Shown: positions 48,326 to 61,733, numbered from the whole stretch's first letter. The stretch is 63,835 bases of DNA, filler included, from Licmophora abbreviata (GCA_900291995.1; 31 parts of 31 records of this genome joined end to end with filler, not necessarily neighbours in it), one strand, 5' to 3'. Notes: generated by a model from the letters alone, not told the origin. Program-made: numbers and translations.

Positions 48326-49134
48326 ATGGGAGCTGGTCAGTCGAGATCGTCCACCCACGAAACGTCAGCGGCACGCGTGACGCCTATTTCGTCGTCAACC
48401 GGTCGGCGAACGACGAAACCTGGCAAAGATGCCCAGAAAATGGAGTCCAAAGTGCTGGACACCCCGATCTTCATGGAGGACAGCGATATAAGCGACACCC
48501 CCGAGGAATCCTTTCCAATCCCTACGGGGCATGAATATGATCTCATGGACAAAATTGCATCGGAACTCCCGAGCTACATTGACGACGAGAGTCGACGACA
48601 GGTCGAGGACTACATGGAGGCTTGTGACAAAGGCAAAGGCCCTATGGTGGCATGTTTCGCAACTGCCGAGTACTTATCCCTCTTCGAGCGAAAGCACAAG
48701 GAGGCCTATGAGTTGTACAAAAACTGTTGTTTCAGGCCAAAGAAAGACAAGAGTCCTAACGGCGTTTTGGTTGACGGCACAAAGGCGTACCCTCCGGCGT
48801 GTTTCAATTTGGCGCAAATGTTCATGACGGGCAAGGGCGGAACAACATTTGATAGAAGAGAAGGGTACAAGCACTTTGATCGGGCCTGTCGAGGCGGACA
48901 CGGCGGCGCCTGTCATATGCAGGCTCAGATGCTCTTGTCAGAACCGGGTGCCCTCGGGAAGGGCATTCCTTACAATCCAAAGAAAGCAGCTGACTTGATG
49001 CAGAAGGTCTGCGACGATGGTGATCCGCTGAGCTGTTTTACACTGGCTACCATTCTGTTGCGCGGTAGCCAAGTTTCGACAGAGGCTGAAAGTGTGACGC
49101 CGCAGGAGGCTCGTGGGGAGGTAGTGGTGGATGG
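48326..49134 (+). CDS. Sel1-repeat COA7-like protein (3' truncated)
   Basis: Cys-flanked Sel1 repeats ACFNLAQMFMTGKGG, ACRGGHGGAC, CDDGDPLSC. Confidence 0.7.
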
Positions 49135-49840
49135 NNNNNNNNNNNNNNNNNNNNNNNNNNNNNNNNNNNNNNNNNNNNTTAATTAATTAANNNNNNNNNN
49201 NNNNNNNNNNNNNNNNNNNNNNNNNNNNNNNNNNCATGATCGTCTCCTGTGCCGTGGACAACCACGACACCCAGAAGCGCCAAGAAAGCAAGGTACGAGA
49301 GGCAGCGGACAGTCTTCATTGTGGCTTGTTGCGAGAGAAAAAGTGAGCAAGTGATGTGACGACTATCATATCTTTGCTCTGTATGATATTCTCTTGCTAG
49401 AGGCCATTGTGTAGGCTATTCGACGTCAATCCACGTCATCCTTAGATAACAGCGTTTCTTCATTCGACCGGAGAGGCCATTCATTTTTCATTCGAACACG
49501 TCATCATGTGATCCCCCGTCTATGTTCCAACAGGCACGGACCGGTACAAAATGTATCATGGACGTCCAAGCTATACTATACCAGGGTTAGGGTTAGGTTT
49601 CAGTGTACGTACATACTTGTAGACGACTATCTGGTCCTTTCAGTAGCTACTTGTACCTGGTGAGGTACGGTACCTTAAATGGTTTAGCTCTCTCTCTCTC
49701 TACTGCCTGGTAGGGAGTAGTAGACCTTCGCCTCTACGTTGCTGGTAGCGCGATTTGATATGTCAAGGCAAGCTACCTTGAGGCACCAGGTATATCGGGG
49801 AGCGCTGACGGAAGAGACTCATGCAATGTTACGTGACAAA

Positions 49841-51127
49841 TCAAACCGAACATGTGTAGCACATCGGCGTTATTGGGTCGACGCCCAAGCCAGTATTGGG
49901 ATCGTCCTGCTCTGGACAGGCTGAATCGGTAAACGTCGCATTCGTATACCGAATGGGGACGCCACCCCGCATCCTTGGTCCCCACTCACAGAGATTCTGG
50001 TTGAACTTTCGAGCCTCGCGAAACACATCTCTCATGTTGGTAACCTTCGATACATTCCAAGCTGCAATGGGTTGATTGAACTCATATGCCGCTTGAAACA
50101 TGTCTCTCAAGCTGCGCACCAGTCGTGTGTTCCATTTGTCGATAGGCTGGTTGAATGCGCGAGCACTTCGAAACATGTTTCGGAAGTAGCCGCAATTGGA
50201 GGTGTCCCAGTCTTCTATGGGCTGATTGAAAGCAATGGCAACCCAAAACATATTCCTCATGTCGTATACCTTGGAGGTATTCCATTTGCCAATAGGTTGG
50301 TTGAATCTGTAGGCTTGTTGGAACATGCTAATCATGTCGTATACGTTCGAGACGTCCCAGTCTCCAATTGGACTGTTGAATGTCCTAGCGAGAAAGAACA
50401 TGCCATTCATGTTGGTGACTTTCGACACGTTCCAGACACCGATCGGTTGATTGAATGATGCAGCCAGGTAGAACATTTTATTCATATTGGTGACTCCGGA
50501 GACATCCCAGCGGGTGATATCTTCATTGAAGCTTGTCTTGTTAAACAACAGATAGCTGAAGTCTGCGATTTGAAAGCACCAAGTCTCAATCGGTCCGTAT
50601 GCAGCTTCGATACTTGCGGACCTATAGTCGTTGAGAGCTTCGTCCAGTGCAGCACGGCTGTCGAAGCAGTCTGGAGACGGGGGATTCGAAGGCATTCCAC
50701 TCGGCACGGCGCTTGGCACATGCGAAGGCGTTCGCGATGGACTGGTGGTAGGATCCTCCGAGATTGGTGGAAGAAGTGGCGGATCAGGTGGTGCTGAGAG
50801 TGGTACTGGGCAAGTATCACAGGTTTCGGGACAATGCTTCCTGTATCGCTTGTAGCGGCGGCAGAGATTCTTTCTTCTTCTTTTTGAACGTATCCGCGAT
50901 AGTTGGCGACAGCTCTTGGCAGGAACGGAGCCGAATCGCTTGTTGGCGTCGTCTTGGCATTCCTGTTGTGAAGTACGAGCGTTATTCAATCGACTTTCAA
51001 CTCTGTCCCCGGAGTCATTCCTAATGATGGGTGATCGAGATACACCAGATGCGGCATGCGCCGGCATCACACCCGTAGTGACAAGGATGAGCGCAACGAA
51101 CACTGCGGAATGAAGAAACTTCCTCAT
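49841..51127 (-). CDS. Secreted DUF285/BspA-type repeat protein
   Basis: Signal peptide, ShK-like HCPETCDTC, PS linker, and about seven to eight ~25-aa FNQPI..W..S.V.NM..MF repeats. Confidence 0.9.
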   Translation of the reverse strand: MRKFLHSAVFVALILVTTGVMPAHAASGVSRSPIIRNDSGDRVESRLNNARTSQQECQDDANKRFGSVPAKSCRQLSRIRSKRRRKNLCRRYKRYRKHCPETCDTCPVPLSAPPDPPLLPPISEDPTTSPSRTPSHVPSAVPSGMPSNPPSPDCFDSRAALDEALNDYRSASIEAAYGPIETWCFQIADFSYLLFNKTSFNEDITRWDVSGVTNMNKMFYLAASFNQPIGVWNVSKVTNMNGMFFLARTFNSPIGDWDVSNVYDMISMFQQAYRFNQPIGKWNTSKVYDMRNMFWVAIAFNQPIEDWDTSNCGYFRNMFRSARAFNQPIDKWNTRLVRSLRDMFQAAYEFNQPIAAWNVSKVTNMRDVFREARKFNQNLCEWGPRMRGGVPIRYTNATFTDSACPEQDDPNTGLGVDPITPMCYTCSV

Positions 51128-51913
51128 GGTAGGATCGAAGAAATCACTCGCTTGCTGTCTCAAGGAAGTGAAAGGTAACTTGTGAATCAAACTCAATTGG
51201 ACTTCACCTTTGTCGAGACAACTTTATGGCGCGTTATTTCCCGGAGAAAACGTGATTGCCATAGAGCAGGGCAGGCGCGACTTGTTTAGTAGATGCCATC
51301 TACTCCCAACGCACAGAAAGAAAAGATTGAGTCGGGTGAGTCAAGCATGTCTCATCAGTCGAAAACGGAGGGCCATTACTTCCCAGCACTNNNNNNNNNN
51401 NNNNNNNNNNNNNNNNNNNNNNNNNNNNNNNNNNTTAATTAATTAANNNNNNNNNNNNNNNNNNNNNNNNNNNNNNNNNNNNNNNNNNNNGCAAGGCAGC
51501 GCAGACTTGAAGCGAGTACGATCGAGCTTTACAGTCGAGCTGCTCTAATCGCTACATTCTAAGAATTCTTTGTTCGACAATACGATTGAGTATGACACCA
51601 GTCGATTCTTTCGTGCTAGTGAATCAAAGCGGACAATGCCGGCAACGACACAACGGACGTATCATACTCGTGCGCCAGCCTTAACAATCGTAGCCGTGAT
51701 ACGAGTATAAGCTATCCGATACGCAATGTTTGTCATTGTTTACATGAGATGTGCCTAGAGTTACTAGTTCGTATTACGATGCATTGTCAGCAATTGTCTA
51801 CGTCTTCATTTTTTATACCGATTCATTCGCCGTATTCGTTCCAGCATGCCTCCTCCAAATAGACAAGCGCCTCGCCCATGTCTGCACCATCTCTATGCAA
51901 GCAAGATAACTAT

Positions 51914-53153
51914 TTACAGAAACTGACATTCCATCTTGTGCCGCCCCGAACGCCAATCGTAGACCTGGCAGAGTTTGCTGCAGTACTTGGCACGGCAGCA
52001 GCGGCTGCACATCTTCATCCGCGAGACTCGCGCTTCGCCATAACTCTGAGCGACTTCTAAAGCAGGAGAGCTGTGGTCCTGGCGAAGAGCATATCCTGCA
52101 CGGCGAGAAGCCGGTCTGTGATGAGGATGAGGTCGGGTGGCTGCGACGGACCGCAAAGGAAAGAGGACTGTCTGGCCGCGGACCACGCTAGTAGCCTTGA
52201 AGGCCCACCGTCCGCAAAGGGGGTTCCAGCAGTGGCTGGTGTTGACATCGCGAAGATGCGAAGACTGGAGATAGAAACGTCCCAAGAGTCGATTAAGGCC
52301 GACAGGATCAAGATGACGACGAAGCTCCGTGGCGTCAGGTTCGCCGAAGCGTGCTTTCATTTCGCGCGCAGGGAGGATTTCCTGCAAGGCGGGCAAGTAC
52401 CCCCTGGACGCAGCGTCATTGAAGTAATGGTTAGACTCTTCTAAGCACGTGTCACGCAAGATGAGCCCAAGCGCGTAAGAAGAACGAACGTATCCGAGCG
52501 AGGACGCGAGCTTCAGGAGAAAGATGCCCTTATCGATGTCGTCGTAGCAATAGCTCTTGATCATTCCTAGCCTGAAGTATCGAGGAGCGAGACGAGACGT
52601 GACAAAGCATGTGAGAAACAGCCACTAGGATGAAGAGGCAAATCAAATCAAGACACCAAGGATCGAAAAGCGAGACTGACATGTACGTGGCCTCCAGGTT
52701 CTTCGCCCGAGCAAAAGGTCGAAGCTTGGCCGCAGCCGTGGATGGAGAATCGTTGTCAGTGAGAATTCCCTTCTCGCCGGTCTGGAAATGGCCAGCGAGC
52801 TTGATATTGACGAGCATGTCATCATTATCGGATATCCTACGGAATTCGCGACACGTAGACTGCAGAGAGAAGCGATCGTCCGTGGTGTTCAAGAAGCCCA
52901 GGACATGACCGACGACTTCCTGCGGAACTTTCATGAGAAGATCGCAATCGGCCTGAGGATCAGCCTTGCGCTGCCTGTAGGACGCTGCGAGGGAAGAAGG
53001 CAGCGTTACACGGAGACGCTTGACCGTACGTGCTCGTTCCCCATCAATAATGAGCGTGGGAGTCCGGCTGAGATGGTACTTGGTGGCCACGGCAGGAGTG
53101 TCACTTTCGTCATGGCGACTTCTCTTGGTTCCTCGCTTCTTCTCGACATTCAT
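51914..53153 (-). CDS. F-box / Sel1-like / MYND zinc-finger protein
   Basis: F-box LLMKVPQEVV..VL.FL; CWNPLCGR...CSRC..AKYCSKLCQ..DW..HK.EC; intron 52572-52680 in frame. Confidence 0.85.
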
Positions 53154-53991
53154 CGGTTCCACCGTCGATTTCTCCTTCTTGGGGGGCTCCCGACCTCTGA
53201 ATGCTCCCCCAAACAGCCCCCCCAGTCATCCTGGAAAGCAACGACGGCCCCTTCATCTTGCTGCTGCCTCGGCGTCACCCGCGGGCAGACAGAAGTTGAG
53301 AGTGATGCTGAGTGTTGCGTGTTGAAGGGTCTTGTCGCTACCAGCGAGGCTATCCCTACGACAGAATTGGTACAAAACCTACGCGTCGTAGAACTTGCCG
53401 CGGCAGCGTCATTCCGGAAGATTTGAAAAGTTCTGCTCGTATAAACAATGATGACGTAGATAGGACATGGAAGACACATGCTCCAAGATCGAATGATTCG
53501 ATTCAAGATTCAATCGAATGAATCAATCTTTTGATGATGTTTTTGCTTTTCATACAAAAGAAGCCGCCGTGCCGAGGTCGCTACAGGGAGTCCGCGGACG
53601 AACGAGGAAACGACCAAGACACAAACCATACCTGTTATNNNNNNNNNNNNNNNNNNNNNNNNNNNNNNNNNNNNNNNNNNNNTTAATTAATTAANNNNNN
53701 NNNNNNNNNNNNNNNNNNNNNNNNNNNNNNNNNNNNNNCCAGTAATTGTAATTTTTCCTACGAATAGTACGACTACTAGCATTGGCCTAACGAGGGATAA
53801 TTACTCTACAGCTGCAAACGCCACAGGCACTTTCAATATATGTGCAAGTCTCATCATCAGTAGTAATTTTCCACGCTCTACGTAGTATACGGTACGAGTA
53901 TGAAAGCTTGCATCGACGGAGCTCACTCTTGTGAAGGTTGTGGCACCCTATGGGTTAACGTTAGTGGCTCTGAGACTGGGCTTTAGCAGGC

Positions 53992-55863
53992 ATGATGGAC
54001 GCCCTCAGGCTGCGTCGACGTGATCTTCCCGTGTCGTTTGCTTGTGTACGGTCCGGATTCTATGTTCTTTTTGCCGTTTCGGTCATGACCAACATGTCAA
54101 TCCTGAATTTCACGGCTTCTTCACGCATCCAACTTCCTTTCCTGGCAGGGAATGTCGGCTTCCTGGAGACCTCTTCATATGATGCCTCACTTCACGACGA
54201 CCACAAGTTTTCCAGCGATGCGTGTGTCTCAACATTTGATAGGGACGCGCTTCCTCCAGAGGAACGAGGCCTGCTTGTTTTTACCGCTCCGCCCCCGATC
54301 GATGTTCTGTCTGTTCCCATGGAAAGTTGGAATGATAAACTTAAGGGGAAAGGAAGGCTCGTTGTCCTTGCCAATGACCCTAGCTCAAGACGCGTTTGCA
54401 AAGAACGTGATATTCCTCTTATCTGTATTGAAAACACTGACGAGGGCCTCCCTCGCGTTGATAGAATTTTTGAAACTATGGAAAGAGCGCAGCCCGATGG
54501 TGTTGTCGCTTTCGTCAATTCCGACATTGAAATTCTTGACTGTGGCCCGCTCCATCAACTTTTCATGGCGCTGGAAACAAAAGAGCTAGAGACTTTGAAG
54601 CCTACACGAATCCACGGAGAATACGAGAAAACTGGGGTGACCAGCAAGTATTGGTTCTTGGCCACAACCAGATGGGACATCCTGAGGAATGGTACTACGA
54701 CGCTTCACGCTGGTGGAGGTTATGATCTATGGGCCTGGAATTTGCTCCCACGTGGATTATCTTTGCTGCCTTTCCAGGTACCTCCCTTCCGATTCCCATT
54801 GGAAATGTACGACAATTGGCTCTTGGATGTGGTCAACCAAGTTGGACAAAGGAATGTCATCGATGCGTCTCAATTTGTGCAGATTTATCACCGTGAGCAC
54901 AAGAACGCCTCCGATGATTGGTCCGGACGCACGAAAAAGGACAATACTGGCATCTACATTAACAAATTTCTTGGTTACAATGAACCTCGCTTATCTTTGA
55001 TGAATATATCAGACAACAATTTGCAGAAATACAAAAACATTCGGCATCGGTGGAAATTTGGTACAACCAACGAAGCTCCACATTATGCCAGGATCGACTC
55101 CAATGGAAAAATCCTTTTGAGCAAACGAAAGTATTGGAGTGATATAACGGAGCACGAACTCACTGCTGCAGACTGCCCGGGTACCGATTGCGTTAGGTCA
55201 CAATGGATTGAGACTAACACTGCCAATCAGGAATCGTTGGCAAGTACAATCCCTTATTTCTCGGACGATGACACGAATTCAACGAAAATGAGTCACTTCG
55301 ACAAGATTGTGGCAGAACATTGGAGATACACGATGGTCGAGCAATTGAGGCTGCATGCACGAGCAGATGGATTTGTTTTGTTGACGGCGATAGACTACGG
55401 GTACCGTGAACATCTTGCCAATTTCATGTGCACTCTTGCTAGGGCTGGAATGGTCGATCATTACGTCATAGCAGCCCTTGATAAGGACGTGTACCGTTGG
55501 GGAGTTCTTCAAGGTCTTCCAATTTTCATGGCTCAACACAGTGTTCAACCAGTTCATCAATACCACGTCGAATACGGGGATCAGAACTTCAATGTCATGA
55601 CAAAGCTCAAGAGCAAGGTGGTTCTGGACGTGTTGAGGAAAGGGTACTCCGTAGTATGGAGTGATGTCGACATCACGTGGTTTGTTCATCCCTTTGATGC
55701 CTTGTCGCCTTACATGACTAATTTCAGCGGGATCGCAATACAGAGCAATGCACCTTTTGTTCACAATCCGATGGCGGAGGCACGTCCCCACCCCACGGTG
55801 GGTACCGTGAAAACAGACGATCCTGCATCACGGTATCCTCGTCTTAACTCAGGTTTGTATGTT
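53992..55863 (+). CDS. Type II membrane nucleotide-diphospho-sugar transferase (GT77-like), 3' truncated
   Basis: N-terminal TM; K..VV.DVLRKGYSVVWSDVDI.W; LNSGLY. Confidence 0.8.
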
Positions 55864-55963
55864 NNNNNNNNNNNNNNNNNNNNNNNNNNNNNNNNNNNNN
55901 NNNNNNNTTAATTAATTAANNNNNNNNNNNNNNNNNNNNNNNNNNNNNNNNNNNNNNNNNNNN

Positions 55964-57732
55964 CACCATCGATTCGCCACCACTTTCCACTTGTCGAAGC
56001 TTTCTTTTCCAGCAAACAGTGGACGAATGTGGGCCCAGAAGTTCTTCCAGAGATGAAAGATACACAGCAAGTGAATTGTCCCAGGCGGTGGCCATATTGC
56101 AGCTAAGGCCGATGCCATCCGCGAATCGCCGTCGGTGAAGATGACTTTCGATTGTCCCAGGGCTTGTCCAAAGCATTGAAATACCCACTTGAAGCTGTCG
56201 TGGTCCTCGTACCGAAGAAACGACGCCGCAACAATTCTGGTCTTTCCATTTCCGTCAATTGTGGAGAGACACCCCAGTTTCATGCCATACCTATTGGTCC
56301 CATGCTTCGTATCATACAGGATCACTCGACCTCCTGAGTGCTCCCACAAATCCTTTCCATTTTTCAGGACGAAGAAGACTTTGTCGGGATGACCGTATGC
56401 CTTGTCACTATCAATGGCAAATTCAAGCGACGGATCTTCCTTCCTTCGGTTCTCAAGGTGCTGGTAGAAATTGGAAAAATCAAGAGCGTGCACGGCGGAT
56501 GAGCTGCCGTACTTGTTCTGTATGTCTCGCTGCGTGAAGCTAATGGGAATGCCCAGCGCGCGACACTGCTCCATAAGACTGTAATAGATCTGAGACGGAG
56601 TGCTGTGACCTTTGTTGAGGGTATCAGCGAAGTCAAGAAGAGACTCGGGTATCCCGCGAAGTGCAGCGTCAAGGTTGCTAGCTGCGTCACTAGTAGCCAA
56701 GGTATGATTGTGTGCGCTCATGATGTCTGATTCCGACGCTGCGCTCATACAATTTTCTTCTGGAACAGAGATAACCCAGCCCTCAGTAACATGCTCGTAC
56801 TTGATGCACCATGGGCAGCCACACTTTTTTGATGAAGAATTGCGGTTGCCGTTGGATTTTGACCGATTTGTTCCGTATTGTCCACACTCAATTCGACCAT
56901 GTGCGCCACGAACAGTATTCCCTTGTACGAAGCCATTGAGTGATATAGAGAACTTCCCCCCGTTCTTCCCATCACTAGCCCACGTCCTGATACGTTGAAT
57001 CAGCTCTTCTTTGCTTTCAAATGGTCCCAATGGAAGTCCTGGAGAGAAAATTTTCCCCTTGGCGGCCATTTTCTTTTCGCGCTGGGAGACGACATCGCCC
57101 AACGAGCGCTGCTTTGTGATCTTTTTGTTCTTCCCGGAAGGTTGACCCGAACAACTGTGCCCATGGTTGGAGGAAGGGAGGTTGCTCGCTTGACTGGCAT
57201 GGGTGTATGTCGGTGTTGATGTGGGCATTGGAATTTGTATAGGAGCGCCGCAACCTTTTATCAACGTTGAGTCTCTCAGCGATGCGAAGAAGGGCGCACT
57301 CGAACGATTCGTGTTGTCGACAGTACGCTTCTGGCTAGAATGACTGTTCTTATGACCATGGGTGTGGTGCATTGAGGGCGTGACCATTCCCATAGGCATG
57401 AAACCCATTGGTTCTTGTACGGATGCGACAGTTGTAGCGAGACGCATGGGCAGATGAGGAGGAAACCGGCGGAGAATGGCTCCAGCTTCGTCAAGTCCAG
57501 GTTGAACATCAGCAATCCATTCATCAAGGGAATTGCCAATGAATGGGCCAGAGAATTCTCCAGGATTCCGGTGGGGAGTAGCCTTGGAGTCTAGACGTTT
57601 CGTGGGACGACGGGGAGAAGTGTTGTTGAGCCCGTGTAGAAATGCTGCTCGCAACAAGATCGCCTCGTCGCCGTGGGGTCGTCTTTCATCGTCGTCGTCA
57701 TGTGGTGCACTACCACTAGTAGTACCATCCAT
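55964..57732 (-). mobile_element. Mutator/MULE (FAR1-like) transposase, 3' truncated
   Basis: SKKCGCPW...HNH finger; YDTKHGTN, FTDGD, LCIFH. Confidence 0.88.
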
Positions 57733-57866
57733 GATTGCCTGTGGGTGATAACAGTATGTTAATGCTGACTATAGCTGCTATGAGCGTCTCTTCGATTGTG
57801 GTATTCACGTGACGGTGTTTACACAAGAGAAAATCAATCCAATGCGATCATGGATGTGTCGTCGGG

Positions 57867-58084
57867 GTCCGTGCGTGCGTTTAAGTGATTGGAATGATTG
57901 TTTAACAGTTGAAGCGTCCAGAAATATTTTTACTTTAGTGTCTGTATATAGAAGATAGATCATCTGCAATGCAGATCATCTGTGAATAGGCGAATCGTCC
58001 GTGCGTGCGTTTAAGTGATTGGAATGATTGTTTAACAGTTGAAGCGTCCAGAAATATTTTTACTTTAGTGTCTGTATATAGAAG
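57867..58084. repeat. Direct repeat, 130-nt period, 88 nt identical
   Basis: 57867-57954 equals 57997-58084; cut by the contig end. Confidence 0.9.
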
Positions 58085-58184
58085 NNNNNNNNNNNNNNNN
58101 NNNNNNNNNNNNNNNNNNNNNNNNNNNNTTAATTAATTAANNNNNNNNNNNNNNNNNNNNNNNNNNNNNNNNNNNNNNNNNNNN

Positions 58185-60291
58185 GGCAAACGGTTAACTG
58201 CCACACTAAGATCTGCCCAGAGGCCTGGCGTAGCTTGGGGGACCACGCGGTTTGCCGGTACGAAACTTCCGGCACAATCTCTCCGCGTCCAACATTGCCG
58301 TCACTCTAGCCGCTTCAATACGTTCGTACTGCTGAGCTGCCTCCTCAGACCACCCATTGTCCCTGACCGACTGTTTGGAGCTGAAATGCCTGTTCAAGAA
58401 GCCCCTCCCTGAGTAGTCGGCGCCGAAATGTATCAAGTACCGACGAACAATACGAGGATCCTGACATTTCAGGCGTCGTGCATGAGCGGTGACCACTGGT
58501 GGCATCCAATGCCCAAACGCCGTCTGGTAGTGGACGTCTGTCCAGACCATGCGATGGTCTCATGGCGCCTCTAATTCCGAGTAGCCCGAGCGAACACCTT
58601 GGATAGTGGCTGAGACAAATATCCCGTCAATTGGGCGTGAGCCACGCTGGTGCGTAACTAGATGGTAAGGCGTCCCCATACCGTTCCTGAAGAATATTCC
58701 GTAACCCCATCGACCAAAACACTGTCTCCACCTCGTGATCACGAATATCGGTATTGATGTCGCCTCCTATGATCACTTGGTCGCCCGCGGCTAGCCAGGA
58801 GTTCACAGCAGTGCAAAGATCCTCGTAAAACGCCACTCGGGGGCACCGATTGTCCCCTACGGAGCGAAGATACCGCAGTTGTTGGAAATACGTGCTCCTT
58901 GGCCCTGTGGTATTCTTGACTGGCCGATACACCGACGCCACTCGTAATGCGATTCCATTGCGACCCCGGTAGCGAGTCCACACCCATCGGCCCAATTTAG
59001 TCTGATCTCTGCCAGAACTCGTAACGCGATGGGAGCTTTGATTGCAACTAAAAAGCGCCACTCCGCCCGGTTGAAACGCGCCTTCTTGCCAATCACTGGC
59101 CGTCAGGTTATGGGCGACAATCAAATGTAAAGCTTCAAACCACATCCGCGAACGTTCCACCACCAGGCGGTGTGATGTAGGTATCTTATGCCAGTGGACG
59201 TTAGTCTCGGAGATGCCGACTGTGTCCAATTGGTGCTGTTTAATCCATGTTCGCAAAGCCTCATTCTTGGGGGAGAATCTAGACTGTTCCATCGACCCCA
59301 CATTAAGAAAACCCACTTTGAAAGTGTTGTCGTGTTTAAGGGTTAGTCGATCGCCGAAAGCCATGATCGTGTTGCTATTCTGTTCCTCCATGCCTTCCGT
59401 CCTCCGAATCGATTTCCGATTGCTGCTTGCTTAAATCCGTTGCTGTTGCGTTGTCCTTCCCTCCACGGTTCTTTACTGTCAGTGCACTCGCCAAGCTACG
59501 TGTGCCAATGACTTTGTCCTCTACTTGGGCTCTGTGGCGCCAGACATCTGTCCCAATCCTTTGGTATCCGGGTTCTGCGCCTGACGCGCTGAACTTAATG
59601 TTGCCCCTTGAGGACTCGAGGCCCGCCTTGTATCCAGGGGAGGCGAGGAAAAGTCCGAGGGTGAGGTAGTATTCGAGTGAAGGATGCCTTGAAGTTGAAG
59701 AGCCTCAGTGAGGCGCATGACCTCCGCCTGTAGCTCCCGGATCTGTCTGGGGCCGATAGAACTAATGGAGTTATTGCTGTCCCGAGAATTCAACGAGGTC
59801 ACAGAAGCACCCCCGCTGGACTGATAATGGGAAGTGGGAGAGCGTTGAGACTGGAGGTCGGAACGGCGGGAGCTGGACGCGCCTGCAGTGCGAAAGGTGC
59901 TGACAGAATCATTTTCATCAAGAAGGGTCTCTCGCTGAAGATTGGCTGGATTTGGCCTCGACGGGTTAGATCCCGATTCGCCTCTGGCGCCAGGTAGACG
60001 GTCCACAGCGTACGTGCCGGTCTCCAAAATTGACTCATCAAAGTCCAAAAAGGTGTTGTTCTTAATATCATCCAACTCCTGTTGGTCGGGCCCCTGAACC
60101 TGACGGGTAACCGGATCCCAAACATAATCCCTTAGCCTCTCCACAAAATCGGGTCAAAAAATTCCGGAGAACCCGCTCCCCGTGCACATGGCGGAGATAT
60201 ACCATCAGACCGGACAGCATGTACTGAGCTTCCTGGGTCAACTCCGGCCGACACGTCAATGTAAACTGATCCTGTTCTCGAAAGTGTGGAT
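58185..60291 (-). mobile_element. Non-LTR retrotransposon (LINE, possibly Ambal-like): ORF1 end and APE endonuclease, frameshifted
   Basis: GFLNVG, GISETN, VYRP, GGDIN, IDGIF, DHRMVW; frame breaks near 60150, 58660 and 58560. Confidence 0.85.
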
Positions 60292-60478
60292 NNNNNNNNN
60301 NNNNNNNNNNNNNNNNNNNNNNNNNNNNNNNNNNNTTAATTAATTAANNNNNNNNNNNNNNNNNNNNNNNNNNNNNNNNNNNNNNNNNNNNCAGCAGTTT
60401 GGTGGCCATTATACTTATGATTGTTAGTTTTTACAATGGTCACATGACATTCTACAGCAACTACCACCATCAGAATTC

Positions 60479-61366
60479 TCAGATTTCTGCGTCGGCGAGC
60501 TCTGCAAGCTCAATCTCCCTGCCTTCGTCGATCGCACCCACTTCAGCCTCTTCCATGGCCTCGTCTTCATTGAGATCTTCCGCAGCATCCAGCTCGGGTT
60601 CTTCCGCAAACACGTCCAGAATGCCCATCACAAAACTGAGGAGGAACTTCTTGAAGCTTTTACGGAACAACATGGAATCGTAGAGGTTTTCAGTGGCAAT
60701 GAGCCCCAGCTGCCCATAGATGACTCCTGCAGTTCCTGCGAACACATAGATGACGGGGAAGAACAGGCAGGCCATAAAGACTCCAAAGCCTCCAGCTCCC
60801 GTTATAGTGTCCTGGGCGTTAACGTTATCATCGGCCCAGCAAGACAACATGCAACAACCAAGGGCCGAAATGAGAGAAGCTCCGTGAAGGGGTAGCGTCC
60901 ACGGAAGCGTCAATAGGATCTGTCCCCATTGTGAACGGTGCTGCGTATCGCCATTGTAGGCTGCGCTGGCAATGTCGCGGACTTCTTCAAAGGACTGGCT
61001 CACAGCGCGACGATCAGCCTCATTCATGTCTTGAGTGGCGCACCACTTGGCACCCGATGGATACTGGGTAAAGCCATGAGAGAAATGAAGGACTAGGGAG
61101 CCCAGAAAGAGTGCCACGGCCCCAACAATCTCCGCAGTCCCGGAATCATAGCCAAAGAGGATCAGGAGGGTGATGACGTTGCTCGTCCAGTTAAGAATGA
61201 GACGAAAGACTACCACGCAGGGACTAAAGTACCAGAGGATCTCCATTTGGAAGAAGGAACGTATCTTAATGTTGCCAAGGCGGCATGTCAGCCTTTCACC
61301 CCCATCACGAATGAAGTCACGAAAGGCCGTTGCCTCTTCTTCATTGATGTTCATCAAGGTGCGCAT
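60479..61366 (-). CDS. Hypothetical multi-pass membrane protein with an acidic tail
   Basis: 295-aa ORF with several hydrophobic segments. Confidence 0.55.
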   Translation of the reverse strand: MRTLMNINEEEATAFRDFIRDGGERLTCRLGNIKIRSFFQMEILWYFSPCVVVFRLILNWTSNVITLLILFGYDSGTAEIVGAVALFLGSLVLHFSHGFTQYPSGAKWCATQDMNEADRRAVSQSFEEVRDIASAAYNGDTQHRSQWGQILLTLPWTLPLHGASLISALGCCMLSCWADDNVNAQDTITGAGGFGVFMACLFFPVIYVFAGTAGVIYGQLGLIATENLYDSMLFRKSFKKFLLSFVMGILDVFAEEPELDAAEDLNEDEAMEEAEVGAIDEGREIELAELADAEI

Positions 61367-61733
61367 GGTTGGTGTTTTTTCTTTCTAAACTTTGATAGAA
61401 AAGCAAAGTGCAACCACGGTTGGATCGTGCCGCTCCACGACCATGGGTAGCGGATTTATAAATCCTACCAGGAAGCCCTGTAGAATTGGGCGTATTTGCA
61501 AGATCTGCTCAGGCGGAATGTAACGGAGTGAACGGTATGGCCGTATGTAGAGTTGCTCGAACTTCAACTGCAGGAAGCATTCACTTTTGGATAACCACTT
61601 CCGCTCGACTCTCGGCACTTTACTAGTCGGCTCNNNNNNNNNNNNNNNNNNNNNNNNNNNNNNNNNNNNNNNNNNNNTTAATTAATTAANNNNNNNNNNN
61701 NNNNNNNNNNNNNNNNNNNNNNNNNNNNNNNNN

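Noticed and set aside
49583..49599. Telomere-like AGGGTTAGGGTTAGGTT
   Set aside because: Under three units and internal to the contig.
57867..58084. CRISPR-like repeat-spacer pattern
   Set aside because: Only two 88-nt units in a eukaryotic transposon context, with no cas genes.
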